In this document: positions 42,748 through 52,755 of the stretch, one piece after another
Layout: each line of letters starts with the position of its first letter
How positions within the stretch are numbered: the stretch's first letter is position 1
The notes under the pieces: generated by a model
Seen by the model: only the letters and a program-made list of their open reading frames with translations
The model's database searches: none
Told to the model about the DNA's origin: nothing
Assembly (NCBI GenBank): GCA_016711505.1
Contig: JADJSV010000018.1
Span: 320,352 to 384,351 of the forward strand
Reading direction: 5' to 3'
Source of the DNA: Bacteroidota bacterium
GTDB lineage: Bacteria; Bacteroidota; Bacteroidia; AKYH767-A; 2013-40CM-41-45
Length of the DNA: 64,000 bases
Made by a program: the position numbers and the translations under genes

Positions 42748-44115
42748 TTAAATTAAAGGCAAAGGAACCAGACTTTCTGAATCTTTCAATTCCAGATTGT
42801 TTAATTTTTCTGCATGTTTACCTACATGAATGAGTTGAAAGATCAGCCAGGCGATTGCAAAGATTATTGTGAATGATAAAATAGTATATTCCCATGTGAA
42901 ATTTGTTTTGATGGGTCCAATTAATTTTGCACCTGCAATGCGGCCGAGATTTCCAATCGTCATATATAAAGTAAATTGACTGGCGGAAACTTTTTTCCAG
43001 CAGAATTCCATAGCATTTGCAAACAAACCAATGCATGTGAATACATAGAAGATCTGGTAAATGATCATGAATCCGCTGATAAACCAGGTCTGACTCCAGT
43101 ATTTTTGAAGAAATGCCAGTGCAATGTTTATAGTGATCAATAATGCAAAGTAAATATTCAGCATTCTTTTTTTGCCGAATTTGTCTATTAAAAATCCACC
43201 AATTAACATTCCACCAATTCCACCGATCAGACTTGCAGTTGCAAAGAATTGAGAGTAGGTGATATTCGTCCAGCCGAGTTCCTGTACTGTAAAGATCGGA
43301 AGCAAAGTTGCAATCAAATTGAATGCTGTTTGTGTAACGAATAGTACAAATGCAAGTAGTAAACTATTGCGAAGTGTAAATACTTTGAAAAGTGATTTAA
43401 AGATGACACTCCAGTTATGCAACTGCATCTTCTGTGTTTCGACCGATGCTTTTCCTTTTGTCCATGGCAAAAGTTTTTCTCCCGGTCGTTCTCTTAAAAA
43501 TAAAGGTGCAAGCATGATAATGCTGACTGCAACAGCAAGCATCAGAATTGAAGTGGTAAAACCATATGCGTTAATCAGCCAGCTTCCAATTGCAAGTGAT
43601 GCCGAGGTGCCTATAATTTTTGCACCCCACATCATTCCGTTTGCTCTTGCCTGTTGATGAATAGGAACAATGTCAATTGCCATTCCATCTGTTGCAACAT
43701 CCTGAAACGATCCGAAAAAGCCAACTGCAAATCCGGCAATCATCAGGAGATTTAAATTGTTTAATGGATCCGGAACAAATGCCATTGCAATAAAACTGAT
43801 CATTAATCCAATCTGTCCAAATAAAACCCATGGCCGGCGACGGCCCATTGGTAAATATGTAAATCGGTCCATCATCGGAGCAACTATTATTTTGAAACTC
43901 CACGGTAACCCAAAGGCAGCGACAAAAGCTCCGATCTCTCCGGGTGTTTTTCCATTCATCGCCATCCATGCAGGGATCCCAAATAAGGTCATGCCTTCAG
44001 GAATTCCTTGTGCTACATATAAAGCAACGAAGTTGAGATATCTTAAAAATGTGTTTTCGGAAAGGGATGGGATGGTTTTTTTTGTACTCAAGTGATTTGT
44101 AATCGTTGATTTCAT
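42748..44115 (-). CDS. MFS transporter (AmpG/PAT-family-like)
   Basis: 12 TM; N-terminal FLRYLNFVALYVAQGIP...MDRF..LPMGRRRPW motif typical of AmpG-type permeases. Confidence 0.65.
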   Translation of the reverse strand: MKSTITNHLSTKKTIPSLSENTFLRYLNFVALYVAQGIPEGMTLFGIPAWMAMNGKTPGEIGAFVAAFGLPWSFKIIVAPMMDRFTYLPMGRRRPWVLFGQIGLMISFIAMAFVPDPLNNLNLLMIAGFAVGFFGSFQDVATDGMAIDIVPIHQQARANGMMWGAKIIGTSASLAIGSWLINAYGFTTSILMLAVAVSIIMLAPLFLRERPGEKLLPWTKGKASVETQKMQLHNWSVIFKSLFKVFTLRNSLLLAFVLFVTQTAFNLIATLLPIFTVQELGWTNITYSQFFATASLIGGIGGMLIGGFLIDKFGKKRMLNIYFALLITINIALAFLQKYWSQTWFISGFMIIYQIFYVFTCIGLFANAMEFCWKKVSASQFTLYMTIGNLGRIAGAKLIGPIKTNFTWEYTILSFTIIFAIAWLIFQLIHVGKHAEKLNNLELKDSESLVPLPLI

Positions 44116-44153
44116 AATTTACTATTTGACAATACGACTACTATATTTTTGGA

Positions 44154-44747
44154 TTATTGCTTAAGTAACTTTCCTGTTAAATATCTACCGTCTTTTGATC
44201 TGAGAATATAAATGTAGATTCCCGAAGAGATTGTTGTTAAATTAATATTCAAGATTTTACTGAAACTATTTTGGAGTACTGGTTTTGATAAACAATCAAT
44301 TAAAGTAAATTGTAATTTTTCGCTAAGGTTTGTTTGAATGTAAAATTCATCAGAAGCATAATTTTGGAATATTGTAAAATCTGATTCGTTAAGTTCAGAT
44401 ATACCAGCGGTAATAATACAGCGTGACCTGGTCGAGTCACGTTGTATATAATTTGGCTTGCAATGTTGATTACTATTTCCAAATGCGTCTGTTATTGTTA
44501 AGCAAACAGTGTAGAATCCTATATTTTCATAGCAGACACAATATGGATGTTGATCACTACTTGTTTCACCATTTCCAAAATCCCAATACCATGATGTTAT
44601 TGGATTTGTCCCTGAACTGGATAAATCGTGAAATCCATTGCCACAACATCCATCATATCCCACCCCTACACATGAGAAATCTGCACTAAGCTGTGCGTAG
44701 GAAAAATTGCAAGCGAATACTCCGATTAATAATATAATATTTTTCAT
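44154..44747 (-). CDS. small PKD-domain T9SS cargo protein
   Basis: WYWDFGNGETS PKD motif; C-terminal Por-secretion tail (GIYIYILRSKDGRYLTGKLLKQ). Confidence 0.55.
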   Translation of the reverse strand: MKNIILLIGVFACNFSYAQLSADFSCVGVGYDGCCGNGFHDLSSSGTNPITSWYWDFGNGETSSDQHPYCVCYENIGFYTVCLTITDAFGNSNQHCKPNYIQRDSTRSRCIITAGISELNESDFTIFQNYASDEFYIQTNLSEKLQFTLIDCLSKPVLQNSFSKILNINLTTISSGIYIYILRSKDGRYLTGKLLKQ

Positions 44748-44843
44748 GCTATTAAGATTTTGATATTGAACTTATCTCAAATAAAAGTAAATATTTTATA
44801 AATACTAAATGTAATAATAGTAGAAAATGAAACTTATCTTGAA

Positions 44844-45974
44844 TTAAAAGTAAGCAATACAAACCAAAGCTCCTACAATCACGCAAACCAAGTCAACTAA
44901 CAGCATTACACCTAACGTATATCTGGTCTCTTTCACATTTACAGAGCCAAAATACAAGGCAATCACATAAAAAGTTGTTTCAGCTGCGCCCTGAAATAAG
45001 CAGGAAAGTTGTCCGGTAAGACTGTCGGGTCCGTAGGTCTTCATTGCATCAAGCATAAATCCACGTGAACCGCCTGCACTGAATGGTCGCATCAATGCTA
45101 CCGGAATTGCATTGGTGATCTGCGGATCGACATTAAATAGTCCCATCGTAGCACGAATACCTTTCATAATTATTTCCATCATTCCTGAATTCCGGAAAAT
45201 ACTTAACGCAACTAGCATTGCGATCATATATGGAAGAACACGTACACCTGTTGTGAATCCGTCTTTGGCACCATTTACAAATGAATCAAAAATATTTGTC
45301 TGATTTAACTTGAAGATCTTTTCATTCAACAAACTGTAAAGTACTATTGCAAGAATGATGAATAAGAGAACAGCATTGCTGAGATTTCCTGTAAAATGTA
45401 TTTTTTCAATTCCACCAAGACCCATTATGTAGTAAAGGAGTAAACCGATAATTGCACTGATCCCTGCTACAAAGAGAAGCACTACGCCATTTAATAAATT
45501 AATCCTTTGTTTTATGCTTACAAATATCAGAGCTGCTATTGTACCGATGAAAGATGTAATAATGGTTGGCAACATAATGTCTGCAGGGTTAGCAGCATTT
45601 TGAGCAGCGCGATAGCCGATGATCGAAGTCGGAATTAATGTAAGTCCGGCTGCATGCAGACAGAGAAACATGATCTGACTATTTGATGCACGATCTTTAT
45701 TCGGATTTACTTCCTGCATACTTTCCATGGCTTTAAGTCCAAAAGGAGTAGCAGCATTGTCAAGACCAAGGAAGTTTGCAGCGAAATTCATCGTCATAAA
45801 TCCATAAGCCGGATGACCTTTAGGTAGCTCAGGAAAAATTCGTGTGAACAAAGGCGAGATCAGCCTTGCCAGCTTATCTAGCGCATTTGATGCACTTAAC
45901 AGATTGAGTAAGCCGCAAAAAAAGTCAGATAACCAATCAAAGGCAACCAGATATCCATAATCGTATTTTTGCAT
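44844..45974 (-). CDS. nucleoside-recognition (Gate) domain membrane protein
   Basis: 376 aa polytopic protein; weak resemblance to the SpmA/SpmB and YjiH family. Confidence 0.45.
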   Translation of the reverse strand: MQKYDYGYLVAFDWLSDFFCGLLNLLSASNALDKLARLISPLFTRIFPELPKGHPAYGFMTMNFAANFLGLDNAATPFGLKAMESMQEVNPNKDRASNSQIMFLCLHAAGLTLIPTSIIGYRAAQNAANPADIMLPTIITSFIGTIAALIFVSIKQRINLLNGVVLLFVAGISAIIGLLLYYIMGLGGIEKIHFTGNLSNAVLLFIILAIVLYSLLNEKIFKLNQTNIFDSFVNGAKDGFTTGVRVLPYMIAMLVALSIFRNSGMMEIIMKGIRATMGLFNVDPQITNAIPVALMRPFSAGGSRGFMLDAMKTYGPDSLTGQLSCLFQGAAETTFYVIALYFGSVNVKETRYTLGVMLLVDLVCVIVGALVCIAYF

Positions 45975-46421
45975 GTCTGGAAAATTCCATCTGCGGGTTG
46001 TTTTCCTGCAGAGACCTGAACCACTCCAGCATTGGTCACGTGTAAAGAGTATCGTTATGCAATAATCCGGAAGTTCCTGACTTACAAGTTGTGAATATAA
46101 AGCTGTATCACCATTTTGAAAATCCTTCAGCGGTTTTTCAGCGATGAGAACAGGATCGCTTTGCTTACCATTTACAACCGGACTGATCGTATATAACCTG
46201 CCTGTTGCAGCAATACCAATAGGTAGATTATACTACCTGTTATTATGAAAGACCAAAAACGACTGAGTACCATTGTGCTTCACAAGAAAACAATTAAACA
46301 GCAATTTGGAACAGAGAGAATGTTGATTTTTCTCAGAACATTTCAACAGTCAATTTCTTATAACTACAGTATTGATACTCTAATTACTGGTTTCAGGACA
46401 TTAATTCAGGAAACTCCGGAT

Positions 46422-46924
46422 TTATTTTTTTGAAATTAAAACTGTATGCAGCTCACTTCCTGTATTAGATAATTCATAATTAATCTGAAATGAAGAAAGA
46501 ATTTCAAATCCTGCGGATGTAAGTTTGTCAATGAGAAAATCTGTTTTGTAATAATAGAAATATGTCCTGTCGCCTGTACTTGCGGTTTTGTATCCGGAAT
46601 CAACAGGATCTCCTTCAACAAAGCTGATATAAAAGATGCCATTCTCATTTAAAAGATCATATACATCTTTGATCAGGGAAGATGATTCAGAGTCCGAAAG
46701 ATAAGGAAGACAGAAACCGCACAATGCCCCATCGTATTTTTCCGGATAATTTTGATGTCCCTGCTATCCATAACTTTAAAAGTTGCTGCCGGATAATTTT
46801 TTTTGCAAGTAAGATCATATTGGGAGCAATGTCAATACCATCAATCAGTAATTCGGATATTTTGACAAGAGATAGCCCTGTGATGATTCCCCGGGCCACA
46901 ACCTATATCCAGTAATCTTTGCAT
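46422..46924 (-). CDS. small class I SAM-dependent methyltransferase (three homopolymer frameshifts)
   Basis: Reconstructed MQRLLDIGCGPG...GIDIAPNMILLAKKNYPAATFKVMDSRDIKNYPEKYDGALCGFCLPYLSD...NGIFYISF across three frames; breaks fall in a G4 run, an A8 run and an A4 run. Confidence 0.45.
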
Positions 46925-47128
46925 TTTAATTTTTAATGTATTGCAAAACTCTCATATGATGTCATATATGGTCAGACCCGTAAATTTTTCCTGGTACAAT
47001 ATGGCGACCTTATTCCAGGTTTCGAAAGTTTCTTTGTCCATGTCCATTTCAAATAGTATGTTATTTACTTAAGCTTCTTAGATTGATCTCTCAGAAAATT
47101 TTTGAATATTTTCTTTATTTCAATCATT

Positions 47129-47563
47129 TCAGAAGGCTAAGGTCTTTTTGAGAATAATAATTGCAGACAAATTATTCTGATAGATAAGAAAACACTCAGA
47201 ATGTTCAACGATCCTAAAAATTTTATCCCAGATCACTTCAAGATAAAATGACTCTCCTTTTATTTTAAAATCTGTTTTTGTCACTTCCATTTCAAGTGAT
47301 TCCCGGAGGTGATTACTTGAAAAATAATTTCTTCTGATCGTTAAAAATATAGCAAGAGGCTGAACTATTAAGATCAACCCTACAGTTAAGTATTGATAGA
47401 ATAGCGGCCTTGGCAAATTAAAAATATTCAGAAAATAAAATGAAATCCAAAGTATCAATAGCAGAGATAACCCAAGTAGAAAGATCATTATAGGCTTTCT
47501 ATATGCCAATCCAAAGAGAATCTTAAGATATTCCCTGAGCGATACTCTGGTTGTTATTTTCAA
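47129..47563 (-). CDS. hypothetical membrane protein
   Basis: 144 aa, two hydrophobic segments; TTG start. Confidence 0.35.
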   Translation of the reverse strand: MKITTRVSLREYLKILFGLAYRKPIMIFLLGLSLLLILWISFYFLNIFNLPRPLFYQYLTVGLILIVQPLAIFLTIRRNYFSSNHLRESLEMEVTKTDFKIKGESFYLEVIWDKIFRIVEHSECFLIYQNNLSAIIILKKTLAF

Positions 47564-47689
47564 TGGAGTTTTTTACAGACAAGAATAGTTAAAATTCATA
47601 CCTTCATTAGTGGTCTGTGAATGTAGAAAAGAATATCCATATTTTGAATTTATACAGAAAAAAAGTGATATTTAACAATGATGAGAATT

Positions 47690-48709
47690 TCAGGAAAATG
47701 ATAATTCTATTTCTAATATATATATATTATCATTAAATGATTCAAAGATATTACCCGAGTAATAATCAATCCTGCATAAAATTGAATTGTATTCTTTTGA
47801 ATTTAAGTTCAGATCTATTTTAGTGTCTGTCGAAAAAGTGATCTTTGTTTTTGAATCCAGATAAATAATAGTGACCTCAATTGCAGTTGATGCCGGACTT
47901 TCCTGAAGAATGAAAAAAAAGTATTGAATTATTCTGAATACTGACAGCTTATCTTTGATTGCAATTCTTTCAATGTCGTCTCCGGAAATATTGAGATCTA
48001 TTAAGAGATTTTTTTCGGAAGAAAATCTTTGACAATACAGTTCAATGGATTCCCTTAATCCCAAAATTTCAATTTCAGTTGGAGTCAGATTCTGACACAA
48101 TTTATTGATGTCATTGATTGTTTCAACCAGGAGGGAACTTAAGTCTTTGTCGGAGTCAGAAACCTGGTTTTTGTTTTGCGCTCTCGGAAGCATCATTTTG
48201 CATACAGCCAGCTTTTGATTTATACTCTCTCTTAAAATCTCTACAAGGTACCGCTTTTCGTTTTCTTCAGTTTCTATTGCCTGGCGCAGGAAATTTCTTT
48301 TTGAAATTATTAATTCTTTTTCCAGATTCTTGATGTAGCTTACATCAGCGACATGCACAAAAAATCCTTTCACTTCATCATTGATAATTTCCGGGAGATA
48401 GGTGGCCAGAGAATGTCTGATACCCTTACCATCAGGAGTTGGTATTTCTCTTTCGAATAATTGCTTTTCTCCGGATAATGCGCCTTTTATGTATGGCAGA
48501 TTCTTTTCATATATCGGCCCCAGCAATTCGCTGATATGCATCCGGTCAATCATTTCCTCTTTGGTTTTCCCAAACCATTCAACATATGCATTATTTGCGA
48601 ACCGGCAGATCAGGTCTTTATCCCAGTAGGCTATCATGGCAGAAATGTGGTCTGCGATTGACAAAGCAAATTCACCGGTATTACTATGTAAAGTATTTTC
48701 GGGTATCAT
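47690..48709 (-). CDS. PAS-domain sensor with degenerate HisKA_3-type histidine-kinase-like C-terminus
   Basis: PAS-like N-terminus (ISAMIAYWDKDLICRFANNAYVEWFGK). The C-terminal region aligns with NarX/LiaS-type kinases (LTPTEIEILGL...FRIIQYFFFILQESPAS) but lacks the phospho-acceptor His and N/G boxes. No response regulator nearby. Confidence 0.5.
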   Translation of the reverse strand: MIPENTLHSNTGEFALSIADHISAMIAYWDKDLICRFANNAYVEWFGKTKEEMIDRMHISELLGPIYEKNLPYIKGALSGEKQLFEREIPTPDGKGIRHSLATYLPEIINDEVKGFFVHVADVSYIKNLEKELIISKRNFLRQAIETEENEKRYLVEILRESINQKLAVCKMMLPRAQNKNQVSDSDKDLSSLLVETINDINKLCQNLTPTEIEILGLRESIELYCQRFSSEKNLLIDLNISGDDIERIAIKDKLSVFRIIQYFFFILQESPASTAIEVTIIYLDSKTKITFSTDTKIDLNLNSKEYNSILCRIDYYSGNIFESFNDNIYILEIELSFS

Positions 48710-48828
48710 CGCAGATAGAGTGTTACATTTCGAAGTAAATATTCAAGTCAACCTTTCTACAATTCTAAATGTATTCTTTCTGGAATGAAAGCTACATGAT
48801 TCCTGTCATGTGAAGGAAATGTCTTGAA

Positions 48829-50436
48829 CTATGGCGTGATAATTATTTTCTGAGTCGCTTTTTCATAAGGCGTTTCAATGGTTAGGAAATAAGTGCCTCC
48901 TAACTTCAGACTTTCAACTTTTTTCCGGAATGAATTTTCACCGACTGTTAAATTAGTTAAAATTATTCGATCTTTTATTTCTCCATTCAGACTATATATT
49001 GAGAAAGTTGTCTCTGAAATTTTGTCCAGATTGAATTTCACGACAAAGATTCCATCATTTGGATTAGGCAAAACTTGCAACTTCAATGTCCCTGTACTTT
49101 GTATATTCAGATTATGCATTCCGACTGATGAATTTTTGATTACAAAAACTTTGAAGATCTGACTACTTGCGCTACTTTGATTTCCTGTATTTGTGAAAAA
49201 GATATTAGCCGCTGTGCTACTTATTCCGCCATAGATATATCCAACTAAGGTTGTATCAGAAGAGAATTCATCCAATTTGAACACTTCATTGCTATAATGT
49301 GGGACATTTCTTTGTGGAATAAACTCAGCACCGGCACCCAGGAGCCCGGGCATTTCAACCGGTAATTTGTATTCAGCCATTGATCCACTCGAATTTCTTG
49401 TTACACGGGCAATTGTATTTACAAAGGGAACATCATTGTCTTGGACTAAAATTCCTGAGCTATCATAGTATTGTGCAATGCCTCCAAAAAATACATTATG
49501 CATTTCGTTATTTGAATTTGAATAGAGTGGCAATACGGCACAATGATAGTGATTGTAATATTGTTGAAATGCATTATTAACAGTATATCCCGTGCTGTCA
49601 ATGTTTACGCAATTCAAGAATGGTAAATCAATCGTTGGTTGAAATACACCGGAAAAGGCTGTAATACCTTCTGCGCCATCGGGCATTATTTGCTGGACTG
49701 CATTATAATCTCTTCGGTGTAGATTGATCGGATCGGTAATAGTAGGAAGGTGATTGATCGAAAGGTTTATATCATCATCAATCAAATTAAATTTCCGAAT
49801 TGCGTCTGTATAGACTTGAGTATAGGTTGGATTTCCCATTGGATTGTAATTGCCATCAAATTTGTTTCCGCCAACGAGATAGTAGGTATTATTTATTTTT
49901 TTCAAATGCCCGCCTGTTACAGCAAACTGAATGTCCGAAATTTGTCGGAAATAAGTTGTGAATGAATTTCCTGAAATAATTGCATTGATCACAGCTGGAA
50001 CATCGATTGCAGTTAGATTGTCAAACGTTTTTCTTGAAGCCGTTTGTGCGTTATATCCGTAACCACCGATGATATACAAATACTTTCCATCCTGATGAAA
50101 TTCCATATTGGTTGAACTTAATTGTTCCTGTAATGCAATAGGAAGACTCGTTAGCGGCGCATCCCATTTTTGTTGAGATACAGGGTCAACAACAATTAAT
50201 TGATTATTATTCCCTGCAACATCAAAAGAAGCAAAAGGCTGTCTTCGGTGAAGACCATCCAGTCGCCCACCTATTATTAACCATTTACCATTTTCCTGGC
50301 CGTATGCAAACGCCTGCAATCCGCCAAGTCCTGAAATATTCAATGGTTCGATTTGAATATTAAAAGGTGATGTTTGTGAGTAAACTGATAGGCTGATTAA
50401 AATCAGTCCAATGAATGTTGAAATTCGCTTTATCAT
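48829..50436 (-). CDS. Kelch-like repeat T9SS cargo protein
   Basis: Signal peptide; repeated GG..G..W Kelch-like units; C-terminal Por-secretion tail (LQVLPNPNDGIFVVKF...GTYFLTIE). Confidence 0.5.
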   Translation of the reverse strand: MIKRISTFIGLILISLSVYSQTSPFNIQIEPLNISGLGGLQAFAYGQENGKWLIIGGRLDGLHRRQPFASFDVAGNNNQLIVVDPVSQQKWDAPLTSLPIALQEQLSSTNMEFHQDGKYLYIIGGYGYNAQTASRKTFDNLTAIDVPAVINAIISGNSFTTYFRQISDIQFAVTGGHLKKINNTYYLVGGNKFDGNYNPMGNPTYTQVYTDAIRKFNLIDDDINLSINHLPTITDPINLHRRDYNAVQQIMPDGAEGITAFSGVFQPTIDLPFLNCVNIDSTGYTVNNAFQQYYNHYHCAVLPLYSNSNNEMHNVFFGGIAQYYDSSGILVQDNDVPFVNTIARVTRNSSGSMAEYKLPVEMPGLLGAGAEFIPQRNVPHYSNEVFKLDEFSSDTTLVGYIYGGISSTAANIFFTNTGNQSSASSQIFKVFVIKNSSVGMHNLNIQSTGTLKLQVLPNPNDGIFVVKFNLDKISETTFSIYSLNGEIKDRIILTNLTVGENSFRKKVESLKLGGTYFLTIETPYEKATQKIIITP

Positions 50437-50508
50437 TCTGTGATATCTTTAGGTACCGCAATTGTACAAAATCGTAAATTATACTTTGGTAACAATAGTC
50501 ACAGAACT

Positions 50509-50620
50509 CTACCAGGAAAGTTTGATATTTTTAACAGGGCTATAAATTTCGTTTTTTAATCTGATAAAGTAAATTCCATTCTTCAGTTCCGAGATATTAA
50601 TTTCAGAAAGATTTGTAGTT
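50509..50620 (-). pseudogene. orphan remnant of a T9SS C-terminal sorting domain
   Basis: Minus-strand reading TTNLSEINISELKNGIYFIRLKNEIYSPVKNIKLSW* with no upstream body, in the intergenic region upstream of the 48829-50436 cargo gene. Confidence 0.4.
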
Positions 50621-50736
50621 CATTTTTTTGAAAGCCTTTCGTAAACTTCGCAGTAATTGATTCAGTTGCTTTTTTTTCAATTAAACCCCGGGGCGCGCCA
50701 TGTCCAATCGACAGCGACTTCAAACCCTCTCAATTT

Positions 50737-51111
50737 TCAACCACCCACTTCACTCCTTAAAATCTTCTCCATTTTTCTTCCTTTCGCTAATTCATCTACC
50801 AACTTGTCCAGATATCGCACTTTTTTTGTTAAAGGATTTTCAATTTCTTCGATTCGATATCCACAAATCAATCCTGTGATCAATTCTGCATTCGGATTCA
50901 ATTTTGCTTTCATGAAAAATGTTTCGAATGTAGCATTTGAATCAATCAGAGATTGTATTTTTTTTTCATTATAACCGGTAAGCCATTCTATGACTTCGTT
51001 CAATTCCTTTTTCGTTCTTCCTTTCTTCTCAATCTTGGTGACGTAGAGGGGATATACAGTAGCGAATGACATTTTTGCCATACGCTCGTCATGATTGTTT
51101 TTGCTATTCAT
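50737..51111 (-). CDS. DUF2200-like hypothetical protein
   Basis: 124 aa; weak family-level resemblance only. Confidence 0.4.
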   Translation of the reverse strand: MNSKNNHDERMAKMSFATVYPLYVTKIEKKGRTKKELNEVIEWLTGYNEKKIQSLIDSNATFETFFMKAKLNPNAELITGLICGYRIEEIENPLTKKVRYLDKLVDELAKGRKMEKILRSEVGG

Positions 51112-51149
51112 TTATTTTCAATTTTCATTCTGAAAAATGCGCTGTATTT

Positions 51150-51542
51150 TTATTTCAGCTTTACTAACTTGCCTTTTCTTTTTACTATGTTTTTATAATC
51201 CCACTGAATTTCCTTTGATTTTTTCAGCCAGCGTTTAAGATCCTTTAATTTGACCTCTTCGATATCAGTATAGAAGATGGAAGCATCCTTAAATTTTTTG
51301 CCAGTGATATTCAGACCTTCTTCTTCGAAACTTGCACCGCTCCAAAACATGAGTCGGATTCCGGGTTTTTGTTTACTATATCCGACAATCGGATTCTCAT
51401 CTAAAAACCATACAGGGTGTGCGTGCCAGATTTTACTTTCTGCTTTACTCAACTCTTTATCGATCGTTTGAGAGAGTAAATTACAAATTGCTTTGTCCTT
51501 TAAGGATTGTTTATCGTTGTGCGATTTTATTTCTTTATTCAT
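51150..51542 (-). CDS. DUF1801 (YdhG-like) hypothetical protein
   Basis: 130 aa; weak family-level resemblance. Confidence 0.4.
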   Translation of the reverse strand: MNKEIKSHNDKQSLKDKAICNLLSQTIDKELSKAESKIWHAHPVWFLDENPIVGYSKQKPGIRLMFWSGASFEEEGLNITGKKFKDASIFYTDIEEVKLKDLKRWLKKSKEIQWDYKNIVKRKGKLVKLK

Positions 51543-51720
51543 AATTCAGAAATGAACTTTACTTGATTCAATAATATAGTCCGCTGAAAGGTCTTAAAAA
51601 AATATTAAAAATACCAGATATTTGAATTTGTAATTTAAAATGAAAATATCTGAATAAATCATAAATGAGATCCTAATTGAGAGCACCCTGCAATAAACTC
51701 AATAATTTTTGTGAATGAGA

Positions 51721-52575
51721 TTATTGAGGATGATGAACAACTCTTTGTGGAAACGGAATCTCTATTCCTTCTTTATCGAATGCAACTTTAATTCTTTTAC
51801 GAAGTTCTCCCGTTACATCCCATTGTTTGAGAGCTTGTGTTTCTCCCAGAATTTTTATAATAATTGAAGAATCCGCAAATTCATCTACTCTTAAAAACTG
51901 AGGTGCTTTAATGATAAATTCTTTCCAGTTGCTATCTTGAGACAACTCCAAACCCGCTCTATTTACAATTTGGATTACATGGTCCAGTTTTGAATTATAT
52001 GAAACTCCGATATTCAAATTGACACGTGCAAAATCTTTCGAAAGGTTGGCTACTTTTTTGATCTCTCCATGAGGGACATGATGCACTGTTCCGTCAAGAT
52101 CTCTTAATGTTGTCAGACGTAAACTAATGTCTTCTACCAACCCTCCTGTACCATCAAAATTCACCACATCACCAATTCGATATTGGTTTTCGAGTATGAT
52201 AAAGAATCCGGAAATTATATCACGGATCAGATATTGTCCTCCAAAACCCACAGCAAGGCCTATAATACCTAGTCCTGCTAAAATAGGGCCTACTGAAATA
52301 CCTAATTCCTGAAGAATCATCAGGATTGCAATCATCATAATAATTATCCTTGATGTCCAGGAAAAAATTCTGATAAGTGTATCTTCTCGTTTCTCTTCAG
52401 CTTGCTTTGATAAATATCTGTCGGATACAACAGCAACTCTGACAACCTTTTCAATTGATTTATTAGCCAGTTTACTCAAAATATATGCTCCAAGTGCAAT
52501 TAATATGATTTTAACTCCATGTGTTAACAACCATGGAATTGCCATTTTCGTCCATTTTAAAAATATTTCTTCCAT
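51721..52575 (-). CDS. small-conductance mechanosensitive channel (MscS family)
   Basis: Three TM segments followed by the MscS beta-domain motif GGQYLIRDIISGFFIILENQYRIGDVVNFDG; the supplied ORF extends to an upstream TTG. Confidence 0.75.
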   Translation of the reverse strand: MEEIFLKWTKMAIPWLLTHGVKIILIALGAYILSKLANKSIEKVVRVAVVSDRYLSKQAEEKREDTLIRIFSWTSRIIIMMIAILMILQELGISVGPILAGLGIIGLAVGFGGQYLIRDIISGFFIILENQYRIGDVVNFDGTGGLVEDISLRLTTLRDLDGTVHHVPHGEIKKVANLSKDFARVNLNIGVSYNSKLDHVIQIVNRAGLELSQDSNWKEFIIKAPQFLRVDEFADSSIIIKILGETQALKQWDVTGELRKRIKVAFDKEGIEIPFPQRVVHHPQ

Positions 52576-52755
52576 TTTTATTACTCTTTTGTGTTGAATT
52601 AATTCCTTACAATACAAAATTTGTTCCTGTATTTGAAAAAGTTCAATTTATAAAGGAGAATGATGTCCGGTAAATTCGAAAAGTTAGTTAATACAAAATA
52701 ACTAATTGCGGCAAGTTAAGTCCAGCCGGTAATTTCAAATAATTTGTCTGTCAAC

